DNA of 64,000 nucleotides, taken from the NCBI RefSeq assembly GCF_000143415.4, contig NW_003314370.1:276295-340294 (forward strand), in the 5' to 3' direction. Positions within the stretch are counted from its first letter, which is position 1, and each line of letters begins with the position of its first letter. Shown in pieces: positions 25,294 to 38,400 of the stretch. The position numbers and the translations under genes were made by a program. The notes below the pieces were generated by a model. It saw only the letters and a list, made by a program, of their open reading frames with translations, did not search any database and was not told the DNA's origin. The DNA is from Selaginella moellendorffii (lineage: Eukaryota > Plantae > Lycopodiophyta).

Positions 25294-28200
25294 ATAAGTC
25301 AAGTGGAACATTTAGACTACTACAAGAATCTAAAATACAAAACCATTAATAAACTTACAAACAACTATGGCTAAAATAAAATCTAAAACCATGGCACAAG
25401 CATTAATCAATTACAAAAAACCAATGAACTAATTATAATTCCATATTCAATTGCAACCAGAAAGTTATAATTTTGAATTGAAACAAAGGACTTTGAAAAC
25501 CATTATAGTTTATAACACATTATTACAACAAACAATACATCTTATCTCTCAATTTACTTGTTGACAATCCTCCAAGACCATTACTAACTTGAACTCATGA
25601 CTATAAGTAAAACCTACCTTTATATCTTTGCTTTGGTCAATATTTAAGACTCGTATTAACTTAAACTCACAACCATCATCCTTATCTAGCATTGCACATG
25701 GGAGGTTACACTCACTCCATTCGTCCTCCACATACTCCTTCTTTCCTCGAAGGAAAAAAAAGTTTTAAAGCACTATATCTATTCAAATTTGTTGTGTTTG
25801 TCCTTACCCTACTATTTATATTTGGCCTCACTTCATTATTACATCTATTTAGTTTCACTACTTGAGGGCCAAATATTCTATTCGGACTTGTTATGTTTGT
25901 TTTCACTTCACAATCCATGTCATTTGTCTTTACTCCACTACTGTATCCATTTATCTTTATTCCATCGTTAGGGCTAAACTCTCATTTGTCCTCTCTACCC
26001 CCTTCCCTAAAGAAAAAAAAGTTTGAAGCATCAAGGTAAAAAAAAGAAAGCAAGAACAAAATTAAGGAAGAAATATTATGAAATAAGAAAAAGTGGATAA
26101 AGAAGCATTGAAAGAAGTATTTACATTAGTTGACAATGCTAAAATGGGGAAATTAAAAGAAAAACATGTGGCTAAAGTTTGGAAATAAAGGACTTTTTAT
26201 AAAATACTTCAGTCACCACAATATCAGCATAAGATTTACTCGCTCAACCTTTTTAACACACAATTCAACATTTAAGAAGGGAAAATCAATAGAAATGTTT
26301 ACACTCTTAAAGAAATATATAAACTCTTCAATAACAACAGTAAAATAAAGGATTTGAGTAATACTTACAAATGGGGACAGACATTCAATCTAAAACTTTA
26401 GCTAAAGTGATTTAACTCTTGGAACAAAGGAATACTCAACACTAAAATTGTTCAAATACTTTGCCAATGAAACAAAAGCAAGATTTTTAACTTCATGCGC
26501 ATAATTAACATCTAGATTAGTATGATGAGGACATAAAACACTCAACCTAATACCAAACTGAAAATGAGAATCATAAGAGTCACAAATGATTAACGTATTA
26601 AAAAAAAAACACTATAGATAAGGAAGAAACACTAAAAATACAAGAAAATGGCTCAAGCTGAGAAATAAGAAAAAGTTAGGAAAGAGCAAAAGGTAAAAAA
26701 GGAGAATCAGATGGTAAATTAAAGGATTGATACTTATCCCATGAAATGTTTTTGTCTCTAAAGTTATCTTTATAATAATTAAGTTCCTCATTACAATCAT
26801 TTGAGCTGATACATATTGTCTTCCCATAAACTCAATCCTTGAACATTCTCTAAGAATTAAACTGCATTATCCATAACTTGTTAATTAATGTCACGATCAC
26901 GCTCCACATTAACAGGAGACAGCAAAACACCAAGAATAAAACAAGCCATATATTCCATGCACTCACATAATACAATTAAGTTTATACTTTTTAAATGTCA
27001 ATTAGTCCCAAAGTCTTTTTTGTTTTCTAAAATATACTATATATTTTAGGTTTTATTTATTTATATTAATCTTATATTTATAAATTATTTATACACTTTG
27101 TTAAATTGTATTTTAGTTTATTTATAATATTTCTTAATTATTTTTAATTGTAAATAATTTTAATCATATAAGCTATTAAAAGTCTCTATATACTTATTCT
27201 TTGAAGTATTTTTATCACTGTTGCTTTTTTCTATACTCAGTGTTTCTATTATAACTTTGAACCACAGTAGAAGTTGTATTTAGATTTTGGATACGAAGTA
27301 AATAAGTATTAAATTTGAAAGAGACTAAGTATTTGACAATTTGGCAAAGCATGCCATATAAAATACTAGTTATTTCCTTATTAAAATAATTTTTATAGTG
27401 ATTTATTCATTAGGAAAGAAAAAAGACTTTAGTATAAATTAGTTGTAGCAAAATCATGCTAAGTATGAATTTGAAGCTTCTCATTATCTTATACTAAGTT
27501 TATATTGTTTAAGCTAAAACAAAACTGTTTCAATATTTAGGAAAGATGAGTAATCAAACTAAGGATTACAAGATGTAGTAAATGATTATGTATTTATGTT
27601 ATAGTTTTAGTACTAAAACTATAACTCTTTTAAAGTTATTTTATTACATAAAAACTAGTAGTTTTATACTATTATCTAGAATCGTAATTATATTTTATAA
27701 CTATTTTGCCAATGTCTAGATGCTACCAAACCCAAAAATTCAATTGGACTCTAAATAAGAAAACATATTGAAATGTGAACTTGTAATTTCAAGGAAAAGC
27801 AAACCAGAAAGTTTGCTTGCTGGCTGCTGCAACCTCCATCATTCCGTACACAAATGCGGCATGGGCCAGTGTCGGCCAGCCAGACCCATCCATGTCCCCC
27901 TGTCCTCTTCACCATGGCATGTTCGCATGATATGCGGCACGCCCCCTGCCACGTGTCAGGCATGGTGCCGCCACCCGACATTACATCACTGACATTCTCA
28001 CGTGCAGGGGGCAACAAGATTCCCCCGGACCGCCACCTTTTTCCATTTAGGGTTAGATTAGGGCTTCGTGATGGGTTCTTTTCCGCTTAAAATACAATGG
28101 CGGAGGTAAAAGGTATAAAACATCGAGCACAATGCAATCGAGTGGTATGGGCCTGGGGAATATACCCACACGCACACGGGGAATAATTTTCTCTTGCGGG

Positions 28201-28983
28201 TTGATTACACGTAATTATGGGTTGTGGAGCACGCCTGACTGTTCTCTGGAACTTTAGTGTGTAGTGTAGGTGGGTATCTCTACTGTGCAAATACATCTAA
28301 GCGTTCTTGGTGGAGTGGGCTTTGATATTTTCTTTTTTCTAAAGCCGTGGAAGTAAAGAGCAGCTCTAGTTTATTGCGTATAGAGTTTTATATGGTTTTG
28401 GTCGTAGAAAATTGCAACTATATATAAATTTAGTGTGAGCGCTGTAGTGTGCTTGATGATGGATTGGGGGACAGCGTGTGGTAGCTTTTGGGGCGTTGAG
28501 CTTCTTCGCCGCAACCGTCTTCTTCCATTTGATTCGCTCCTCGCATCGTCTCGCTAGTTTTTAGCAGCGTTTTCTCCCACTTTTTTTTTTCACGTCCTTG
28601 TTCTTCTTCTTTTTCTACTTGGATGGAATCCAATTGCGCTGCTAACGAGCTGCTCGTTGGAGGAAGCGACGCGAGCTCCTGGGAGGGAGCAAGCAAGCGC
28701 AAGCACGAGAGCGAGGCAGTCAGGAGTGGTAGTCAGTCGTTTTGCTCTTCTCGAGTTCCTTCTTCCCGAGAAATCTAAGGAATGATTCGAAAGCTTACTT
28801 GGAGTGGAGAGAAGTCGCCGGATTGGACAAGAGTTCCTTTTCTTTCCTCTTCTCAGCTTCTGTAGAAGATCGAGCGACCGAGTCGTAGAGCGAGCGAGTG
28901 TCAAGAAAGTCCTGCTCAAAGAGCACTGGTAAGTAAGCGCAAAGAAGAAGATCCGAAGGAAGAAAAGAGAAGAACCTTTCACG

Positions 28984-31467
28984 ATGATCAGCGCGCACGA
29001 CTTCTATGTGGTGATGAGCGCCGTGGTGCCGCTCTACGTCGCAATGATCCTGGCCTACGGCTCCGTCCGGTGGTGGAAGATCCTCACTCCGGATCAATGC
29101 GGCGGCATCAATCGCTTCGTGGCGATCTTCGCGGTCCCACTCCTCTCCTTCCAGATTCTCGCCACCAACGATCCTTACAAGATGAACGCGCAGTTCATCG
29201 CCGCCGACGTCCTCCAGAAGCTGGCCATTCTCGCGGTTCTTCTCGTCTGGTGCCGCTACTCCAACAATGGAAGCATGGAGTGGACTATCACTCTCTTCAT
29301 GCTGGCCACGCTTCCCAACACTCTGGTCATGGGGATCCCTTTGCTCGCAGCGATGTATGGCACCGAGTCTGGAAGTCTCGTCGTCCAGGCAGTGGTCCTC
29401 CAATGCATCATCTGGTACACGCTGCTGCTCGTCTTCTACGAGTACCGCAGTGCCAGGAACCTCATCCGGGACCAGTTCCCCAAGACCGCTGCGTCCATCG
29501 TCTCCTTCAAAGTCGACTCGGATGTAGTCTCTCTGGATGGAAACAGAGAGCCCATCCAGGCCGACGCGGAGATTGGTGACGACGGTAAGATTCACGTCAC
29601 TGTGCGGCGCTCCACTGCTTCCAGGCACGACCTCTATCCTCCTTCTCCCATCGCGTCCTCGAAAGCTCTCACGCCGCGGCCTTCCAATCTCACCGGAGCT
29701 GACATCTATTCGATCCACTCCTCGAGGAACATGACCCCGCGGGAGTCCAGCTTCAACCACGCCGAGTACTACTCCATGATGATGATGATGCCGGCTTTCA
29801 ACAATCCACCACCACCGCCGCCGCCGCCGCCACCTCGCCACTCGAGCTTCACTGCCTCGGATATCTACTCGCTCCATTCTTCCAGGGGGCCGACGCCGAG
29901 AACTTCCAACTTTAACATCGAAGAGCAGCACCGGCCGTCGACAAAGTCCGCTCCTCCACCGTCTCGGATGATTCCTCCTCCTGTTCCTGCTCCACCCCCT
30001 GCCCCTGCTCCTCCAGCTCCAGCTCCAGCTCTCAATGCTGCTGCCAGCAAGAACGACCTCGTCCATATGTTCGTGTGGAGTTCCAGCGGCTCTCCAATTT
30101 CCGAAGGCAATGTCCGAATGCTCAACGATGACTTCCGCTCCAACAATAACAAGGACGTCCGGCTTCTCGTAGGTGACGATGACGATTGTAAGTTTCCAAA
30201 GTTTTCGTTTCTCGCGCACCACCATAGCCGACTGATGGCCTGTGCTCTGTTTTTTTCTCCTGTCCGGTGTTTATGTCCATCTCCAGCAACGGCAACAGCA
30301 GCGTCCGGAGCTCCTCACGACTTTAGCTTCGGTCACGCTGGAGGAGTGGACGAGGGCAACAGCAGCACCAACATTCCTGCTCGAAATTCCAGCTCCGGCT
30401 TGGAAATGCCTCCGAAGAACAGCAGCAACCTCGCGGACGATCAGCCGACCGAGATGCCCTCTGTTGGTGTCATGACCCGGCTCATCGTGGACATGGTGTG
30501 GAGAAAGCTGATCCGCAATCCCAACACGTACTCCAGCTTGCTCGGCCTCGGCTGGGCTCTCGTCGCCTACAAGTAAGTGCAAGTTTTCTTCCACTTCGTT
30601 GCTCATCCTTCCGTCTCTTGTCGCTGTTTCTGGAAGGTGGCACGTCAGGATGCCGGCTATCATCGACAACTCCATCCAAATCTTATCCAAGGCCGGACTC
30701 GGAATGGCCATGTTCAGCTTAGGTACTGGCTCTCTTCTCTTTCACCCTGCTGTGGTTTTCCATCCTGCGAGCTTGTTTGATCGAGGGAGTATCTTCTCTT
30801 GGTTTTGTTGCAGGCCTGTTCATGGCATTGCAGAAGCGCATTCTGGTGTGTGGCACATCAATGGCGTTGTTCGGGATGGTGGTACGCTTTGTAACAGGCC
30901 CTGCGGTAATGGCAGCAACTTCCATAGCTGTCGGCCTCAAAGGTGTCAATCTCCACGTCTCTATAGTACAGGTATACCCCCGTTTCCATCCTTCCAGCAC
31001 AGCTTCCACTTCTCCTTCCTTCTTCGAAAAGTAGCTCTCCATCTCTCTTCCAAGTTCCGTTGTCTTTCCTCGTTCTTCGCTCTTCCAAGTCGTGTTCTTC
31101 TCTAGCTGGCCCGCTTCTCGCTGCCTCCATGTCCGTCTTCTCGTCTAGCCCGCTAACTCTTGACTTGGATTTCGGAAAAACAACGCTTTCAGGCCTCGCT
31201 TCCCCAAGGCATTGTCCCATTCGTCTTCGCGAAGGAGTACAACGTGCATCCAGACGTCCTCAGCACAGCGTACGTACTTTCTCCTTTTCCTCCTCCCTCC
31301 CTTCTCTGTGCCCCCCCGCACCACACACACTGTGTGTGCATTCAATTCTCTCTCAACTCACACTGCCCGCCTGTTGCATCTGTGTGTACCTCTCTGCCAG
31401 GGTGATATTCGGCATGCTGGTGGCCTTTCCCATCACAATGCTCTACTACGTGCTCCTGGGCCTGTGA
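28984..31467 (+). CDS. PIN: PIN auxin efflux carrier, canonical long-loop type, 6 exons
   Basis: [33 protein letters not shown]; three TPRxS motifs; [11 protein letters not shown]; [13 protein letters not shown]; [17 protein letters not shown]; YYVLLGL*. Exons ~28984-30187, 30287-30572, 30637-30722, 30814-30971, 31193-31269, 31401-31467. Confidence 0.98.
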
Positions 31468-31983
31468 GGGAGAGTGGCGTGAATTCATCACCTCCAAACA
31501 TTTCTCTCAACTTCTCAACCGATCGCTGCTTTACTGCCGCTGCTGCTTTTGTAAGTGTCTGCCGACTATAACTTACGGACGATCGATGGAGCTGGCTGGC
31601 TGGTTGGCCGCTTTGGCTGGCTCCAGCTCGATTCAACTTGTTTTCAGCCCAAGAGTTGAAGGAGCTGCTGGTGTCCGACTCATATTCACCCCCCGTGGTG
31701 TCTGCTATAATTTTTGTTGGAGCGAGCACCAACTGGAGATTCAGCTGCCAGAGATCCAAGTAGCTAGCTAGAAAACAACCGTCCTTGTGTCTGCTTGTAG
31801 CTAGTAGCAAAGCATGGCCCCCTGCTGCCTCCGTTGTACTGGCTGGCTGGCGGATGGGCCGTCTGGAAATTTTTTGAGCTCTGTAGACTTCAAAAAAGTA
31901 TAACAACAAACCCACCGGAGTGCGTGCTGCGAAGCGAATCCTTCTTCCCCTTCCTCTTCTTTTCCCAGAGAAACAACTGTCAA

Positions 31984-33290
31984 TCAGTCATCGTATTCAT
32001 CCTTCCAGCCAATACTCTCGTAAAGCGAGGCGCTCGAGGATGCTTGCAGGCCCTTGGCAACAGGAGACATGTTACGGCGCGGTTGTCGGCTGCGGAAGTA
32101 ATTCCCGAGGCAGCCGTTCACCACTCGTGGGGCAAAGCCATCGCAAAATCTCTTGGCAAGCTCCACGGCCTGGGTAAAACAACAAGGAAAGTTTATAAAA
32201 GTCAGAGTGAGTGAGCGGCATGAGTTTATAAAGCGAAAACAATGCACACAAACCTCGTTAATGACAATGTTTGGAGATGTCCCCAGAACCTCTATCTCTG
32301 CAATAGCCATGTGCATAATTGTTGTTTCAAGGAGTTTTCCATTGCTCTCGTCCTGACACGAAAAATGTCTTTATGAAAACTCACGTCACTTCTCGGAAAA
32401 ACAAAGAAGAAAAGAGGAACTTAGCTACTCTACCTTCCATGTCGAGGGAAGAAGCTCTTTGACAACTGCTTCTTGTTTTTCCCGTCCCTCTGAGGTCGCT
32501 TTTATGATCTTCTCCGCAAGACTGCAGCATCTCAACGAGATCCAGATAAAAAAACGAGAACACAAAGTCACCTCCTTCCCATACCTTAGAACAAACTTAT
32601 TGTAAACTACACAAGGATGAGCAGTTAGTAGCGCCGCATCTGCAACAAGAAAAGTGGTGCTCAGGACAAAACTTTGAGAATAAGATAGAGCTTTTACCAA
32701 TTTCTGACTGTTGTTCTTGCTGGAATTCCAGTTCTTTGGCTTCGCTTTCACAGCTCACATAGAGAGGCTCGCCGCTCTTGGCGTCATGATCGTATTGGTC
32801 CAGTACCTTCTCATCAACACGCTCTAGAGAAGAACAAAAAAATATATATAAAGACCAAACATGTGGCTGGAAAGATTTTTATTACCTCTTCTAGCTTGCA
32901 TTCGATCTTCTAAAACTTCCAATGGATCACTGCCAGACACCAATCCCGCATATAACACACACCTACGAACGAGAAATGGATAAGATAACCAAGGAAAACG
33001 ATAACAAACTTGGCTTACAAGGAGAGCTCTCGAGCAGCTCTGGGAGAGCGAAGCCTGTGGAATTTGTCGAGCTTACCATCGCTGAGATATGAATACCTAT
33101 CGCTACTCGCAGTGCTGGATTCCTTCTCGATTTCCTCCTCCATTGGTTTCCTGGGAAAATGGAGCACAGTGACTAGCTCCTCCTTGGCAACCTTCTTCGG
33201 ATTAGAGATTTTGCTGCTCCTTCTGTTGCGTCCGGCGGGCTTGGAACCGCCGAGACGCATGAGCGGCATCTGCATTTGAGCCAGCGCCAT
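31984..33290 (-). CDS. NusB-domain protein (At4g26370-like, probably plastid)
   Basis: Spliced RSPRAARELSL|CVLYAGLVSGSDPLEVLEDRMQARR; VYNKFVL; MAIAEIEVLGTSPNIVINE|AVELAKRFCDGFAPRVVNGCL, matching the NusB C-terminal signature. Confidence 0.88.
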
Positions 33291-33572
33291 GCCCTCTATC
33301 AAAGCCCTATACCCAGGAACCCTAATTCCCGCACAAATTTGTAATTATCAGCTTAAAGCGTACTTGCTAACTTAGTTTGTTTGGGCAAGCATGTAATTTG
33401 CATGGGGATTATTCCGTTCCCCTTTCAAGAAGGGTCTAAGCTGTGAGAAGAGATGCTTGGTGCTGATTTCGTGCTTGTCAAATCTATCTCATGAGCGGTC
33501 ATCAAGCATTCCCTCTACATTTTGCTAGAAATCTAAATACATGTGAATGATGAACCCTAAATCCCATTTCAT

Positions 33573-35369
33573 ATGCGCAGCGAGCGCGGGATCTATCTCT
33601 CCAACCTTGCCATCCAGAGGCACGGCAGATGCTGCGACATCCAAGAGGCCTTCCAGGAGTTCCACGCCATGAGCGCTCGAAACGATTTCTCGTGGAGGCT
33701 CCTCCTTGGCGCGTGTCTCGGCCAGGGCGATGACGCTTGCCTGGGCGCGGCCATGGACACCTTCCGCCGGATGCCCCTCGCGGATGCCATCTCCGGCACG
33801 GCATTGCTTGGCAGGCTCGCGCGGGGCCGCGGCGTCACGATCGAGCAAACTCTCGCTTTCTTCGATGATCTTCCACTGCGCGATCTCGTGTCCTGGAATT
33901 GCGTGCTGGGAGTCCTCGAGCTCGATCATGCTGGGCTTGTTTTCCATAGGATGCCGCAATGGAACTTGGTGTCCATGAATTCGCTCTTGGCGGCATTTGT
34001 GGAGAGGAAATCTGAGCTTGGTGCTCGTGATTTCTTCGCGGTGATGCCATCTAGGAACATCATCTCCTGGACGACGATGATTCGCTGCGGCACAGATTGC
34101 CGCGCTCTGTTTGATCGAATTCCAGCGAGAAATCTTGTGTCATGGAACGCAGCGCTCACGGAATTTGCAAGATTGGGGGATTCCAATCTCGTGTGTGGGC
34201 TCTTTGATCGAATGCCGGAGAGGGATCTCGTTTCCTGGACGACCCTTCTCGCGGCTCTCGCGGAAGAAAGCGCCAGTGATCTCCTCAAGATCTTCGCCAG
34301 GATGCCACTTCACGATCTAGTTTCTTCCACTGTGGCGATCTCTCGCCTCCCGACGGATGAAGTACTGCGAATTCTTGAATCCATGCCGATCCATGATGCC
34401 GCTCCTTGGAATGCGATCTTGGGTTCTTACTTGCGCGATGGAGATCGATTGAGCGCCTACAGGCTCTTTGATCGGATGCCTCTGCGAAATCTAATCTCTT
34501 GGAATACGCTCCTTACAGCATCCATCGAAGAAGGAAGTTCCCCATTGGAAAGAATATTCCACTCCATGCCCAAGAGGAATAGCGTCTCTTGGAACGCTCT
34601 TCTTGCAGCATATGCCCAAAGAGGGCAAATGTCCCAGGCAGCGAACGTCCTGGATTTAATGCCGGAGAGATCCGTTGTATCGTGGACGGTCATGATCCTA
34701 GCCTGCTGTGCGTGCGTGGATTCCGCCACGTGGATGCTCCAGAGCATGCCAGCGCACAGCCTAGTGACGTGGACAACTATGCTTGCGGTATATGCCCAGT
34801 TGGGGCATCCAGATCGTGCGAAGATTTTGTTTGACAAGATGCCGTACAGGGATCTCGTCTGCTGGAACACACTAATCGCTGCGTACGGGCATGGCGGGGA
34901 GGTCGATCTTGTGCCTCGCGTCTTCGATTTGATGCCAATGCGCGACTTAATCGCGTGGTCGGCTTGTATCGCCGCGAATTCCTGCTGTGGGCGGCTTTGG
35001 GATTCCTTTAGCCTCTTCTGGGCGATGGTGCTCCAGGGAATCGCGCCCAATGAAGTGGTTCTTCAATGCATTCTCTCGTGCTGTAGTCACGCAGGGGATC
35101 TCGACGCTGGGATCCATTGCTTTCGATCGATGATCGTGGATCACGCATTGGATCTTTCAAAAGAACACTATAGCTGCATTGTCGATCTCCTCGGCCGCGC
35201 TGGACAATTAGGGCCCGCGCGCGATCTCCTAGAACACATGCCATTCGTCCCCGACGTGGAATGGACGAGCTTAACGATCCACCACTATTCGTCGCACACG
35301 TGGCGGGCGGGCAAATGGAGCCTAATCCTGCCACCTGGACAAATCGTATTGGATGCTGCGTTTGCTTGA
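33573..35369 (+). CDS. PLS-class PPR protein with tandem short motifs and truncated E domain, intronless
   Basis: Repeated ~31-aa F..MP.R..VSW motifs; L2/S2 (CCSHAG, EHYSCIVDLLGRAG); E1 breaks off after PFVPDVEWTSL. Confidence 0.9.
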   Translation: MRSERGIYLSNLAIQRHGRCCDIQEAFQEFHAMSARNDFSWRLLLGACLGQGDDACLGAAMDTFRRMPLADAISGTALLGRLARGRGVTIEQTLAFFDDLPLRDLVSWNCVLGVLELDHAGLVFHRMPQWNLVSMNSLLAAFVERKSELGARDFFAVMPSRNIISWTTMIRCGTDCRALFDRIPARNLVSWNAALTEFARLGDSNLVCGLFDRMPERDLVSWTTLLAALAEESASDLLKIFARMPLHDLVSSTVAISRLPTDEVLRILESMPIHDAAPWNAILGSYLRDGDRLSAYRLFDRMPLRNLISWNTLLTASIEEGSSPLERIFHSMPKRNSVSWNALLAAYAQRGQMSQAANVLDLMPERSVVSWTVMILACCACVDSATWMLQSMPAHSLVTWTTMLAVYAQLGHPDRAKILFDKMPYRDLVCWNTLIAAYGHGGEVDLVPRVFDLMPMRDLIAWSACIAANSCCGRLWDSFSLFWAMVLQGIAPNEVVLQCILSCCSHAGDLDAGIHCFRSMIVDHALDLSKEHYSCIVDLLGRAGQLGPARDLLEHMPFVPDVEWTSLTIHHYSSHTWRAGKWSLILPPGQIVLDAAFA

Positions 35370-35459
35370 GCAAGCGAAGAACATCAAAGATTTTGGGCGT
35401 GGATATTTCTAGGGATGAGGATGTAGGTTACAGAGCGCGATTGAATCGATCCTCCCGCG

Positions 35460-38400
35460 ATGGCGGCAGCGGCGAAGATGAAGCTGGGATTCTCGGGCGG
35501 TAATCAGGTGAGCGCGCCGTCATCATCCTGCTGCCTGGGATGCGTCTCGACGACGGTCGCCGTGACTTCCCATCACTGCTCATCGAATTTCCCTCAATGC
35601 GCCACGGGAAGCAGTGGATTTCAGCTGGATTCTTCTTCGGCATTCTTGCCATTTGGAAGATTGAGGCGTGGCTCGGATTCCCTGCTTCAAGCTGCGGCCC
35701 GCAGGCGATGCGCTCATCACGTAGCAGCAGCAGCGTCACTCGGGGGCCTCCTTGGAGGGCTGTTTAAAAGCGAAGACGTCGGGGAAAGCACTCGCCAAAA
35801 GTTTGCTTCCACAGTGGATGCTATCAATGCAAAGGAGCCACAAATGGAGGGATTGTCCGATGAAGCGCTTCGAAACAAAACTGGGGAATTGAAAGCGCGA
35901 GTCGCGGCTGGAGAATCGCTTGATAGTGTCCTCCCGGTAAGGATGAGCAAAACATTTTTGTTTGAATGCTAGTGTTTCTGAGCGTGATTTGCAGGATGCC
36001 TTCGCAGTTGTCCGGGAAGCGTCTAAGCGAGTGCTAGGATTGCGACCTTTTGATGTCCAACTTATTGGTAAGCAATGGATAAATCAAGTGTGGTCTCCTT
36101 GACAGTTTCGTGTTCTTCTTTCAGGTGGCATGGTTCTTCACAAGGGTCAGATTGCTGAGATGAAAACTGGAGAAGGAAAAACTCTTGTTGCTGTTCTTCC
36201 AGCATATTTGAATGCTTTAAGCGGCCAAGGTGTTCATGTCGTGACGGTAAACGACTACTTGGCCCGTCGAGATGCTGAATGGGTCGGCCAAATTCCTCGA
36301 TTCCTGGGTTTAAAAGTTGGTCTCATTCAACGTAGGTAATGGTGTATACAAACTACATTGCGTTGCTAATGTTTGCAGCATTTTTCAGAGGGAATGGATA
36401 GTGCGGAGCGAAGAACAAACTACGGCTCTGATATAACTTATGTTACGAACAGTGAGCTCGGCTTTGATTACTTGAGGGACAATTTGGCGCTGGTATAATT
36501 CCCTTCAGCCTTATAAATTGTTACTAACAATTTGCATTTTCAGAGCCCAGATGATCTTGTGTTACCGAGTTTCAATTTTTGCGTCATTGACGAAGTGGAC
36601 TCTATATTGATAGATGAAGCTCGAACACCGCTTATAATTTCTGGTCCTGCAGAGAAGCCCACCGATAGATACTACAAAGCTGCCAAAATAGCTGCGGCAT
36701 TTGCGCGAGATGTTCACTACACGGTATTTGCTGTGCGTGTTTTCAATTTGTTATCAAAGCTGCTGCTTTACAGGTTGACGAAAAGCAAAAGTCAGTCCTA
36801 ATCACGGAAGAAGGATATGAAGCAGCCGAAGAAATCCTAGATGTTAAGGACTTATATGACCCTCGGGAACAATGGGCATCTTATGTTATCAACGCCATCA
36901 AAGCAAAAGAACTGTTTCTGAAAGACGTAAACTACATAGTACGTGGTGAAGACGTCCTCATCGTTGACGAATTTACGGGGCGTGCACTTCCGGTATGTAG
37001 ATTATTTGCGCATACTTGTCATGCTAAACTGGTAAGCATTTGTCAGGGTAGAAGGTGGAACGATGGTCTCCATCAAGCTGTGGAAGCTAAAGAATCGTTA
37101 CCTGTGCAAAATGAGACGGTTGCATTAGCTTCCATAAGCTACCAGAACTTCTTCTTGCAGGTTTGTTTCGACTTGCACCGAATTTGCTGCAAGACCCGAC
37201 TTTTTTGCAGTATCCCAGGCTATGTGGAATGACTGGAACGGCAGCAACGGAACGGTCTGAGTTTGAAAAGATTTACAAACTTTCCGTCGCTGTGGTCCCA
37301 ACAAACAGGGCTATGATAAGAAAGGTTTGACTCCAACTTCCATATGTTTTCACAAGCACAAAATTCTCTGTTTTGCAGGATGAATCTGATGTGGTTTTTC
37401 GAGCGGTTACAGGAAAATGGACAGCTGTTGTCGTTGAAATCTCACGCATGCACAAAGCAGGCCGTCCCGTATTGGTTGGTACCACAAGTGTTGAACAAAG
37501 TGAATCTTTGTCGAAACAATTATCCGAAGCTAATATTCCTCACCAAGTAAGTTCCAGCTTCCAATCTTTGTGAACTTTTAATAAGCTCTTTTCTATACAG
37601 ATATTGAATGCAAAGCCAGAGAATGTAGAGAGGGAATCTGAGATCATTGCACAGAGTGGTCGAGTAGGAGCTGTCACCTTAGCAACGAATATGGCCGGTC
37701 GTGGGACAGATATTATTCTTGGCGGGAATGCCGACTTTATGTCCAAAATCAAACTGCGGGAGATGCTCATGCCAAAGTACGTACTCCAGAATCTGTGTCC
37801 GGTTGGATTTCTTATCCTTGACTGCAGGGTTGTTATACTAAGTGACGATGAGATTGCTTTTCAAAAGAAAAAGAAGATTCCCACAAGAAAATCATGGATG
37901 GTATGTCTTAGTTTTTCCTCGTGCTGAAAAAAGTGTTGTGTTTACTACAGGCAAACGAAAATCTGTTTCCTTGCAAACTTTCTGAGAATTCATCATCTCT
38001 AGCTGAAGCAGCAGTACAAGCTGCTGTCGAGTCTTGGGGCAAGAAAAGTTTGTCGGAGCTTGAGGCAGAGAACAGGCTTTCTTACGCTTGCGAAAAGGTA
38101 AATTGTGGATACGTTATGTGTTGAAGGTGCTAATCGGCCGCATGTAGGGTCCGACCGAGGACGCTGTTGTTGCAAAGTTGCGAAACGCATTTCAAGCCAT
38201 ATCAGCCGAGTACAAAGCATACACCGAGGACGAAAGGAAGAAAGTTAGAAGCCAAAGTTTTCATGATTTGTCCTCATAGTTTTCTTGCAGGTTGTTGCTG
38301 CAGGTGGCCTTCACGTGATAGGCACAGAGCGCCACGAATCACGAAGAATTGATAATCAGGTATAGTAACCTTAGATGTTCTCTGCATAACGCCCCATCCT

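Noticed and set aside
28795-30225. 476-aa minus-strand ORF
   Set aside because: Antisense shadow of PIN exon 1.
31590-31630. Hairpin downstream of PIN as a miRNA precursor
   Set aside because: Only about 40 nt, dependent on G:U pairs, no recognisable mature miRNA.
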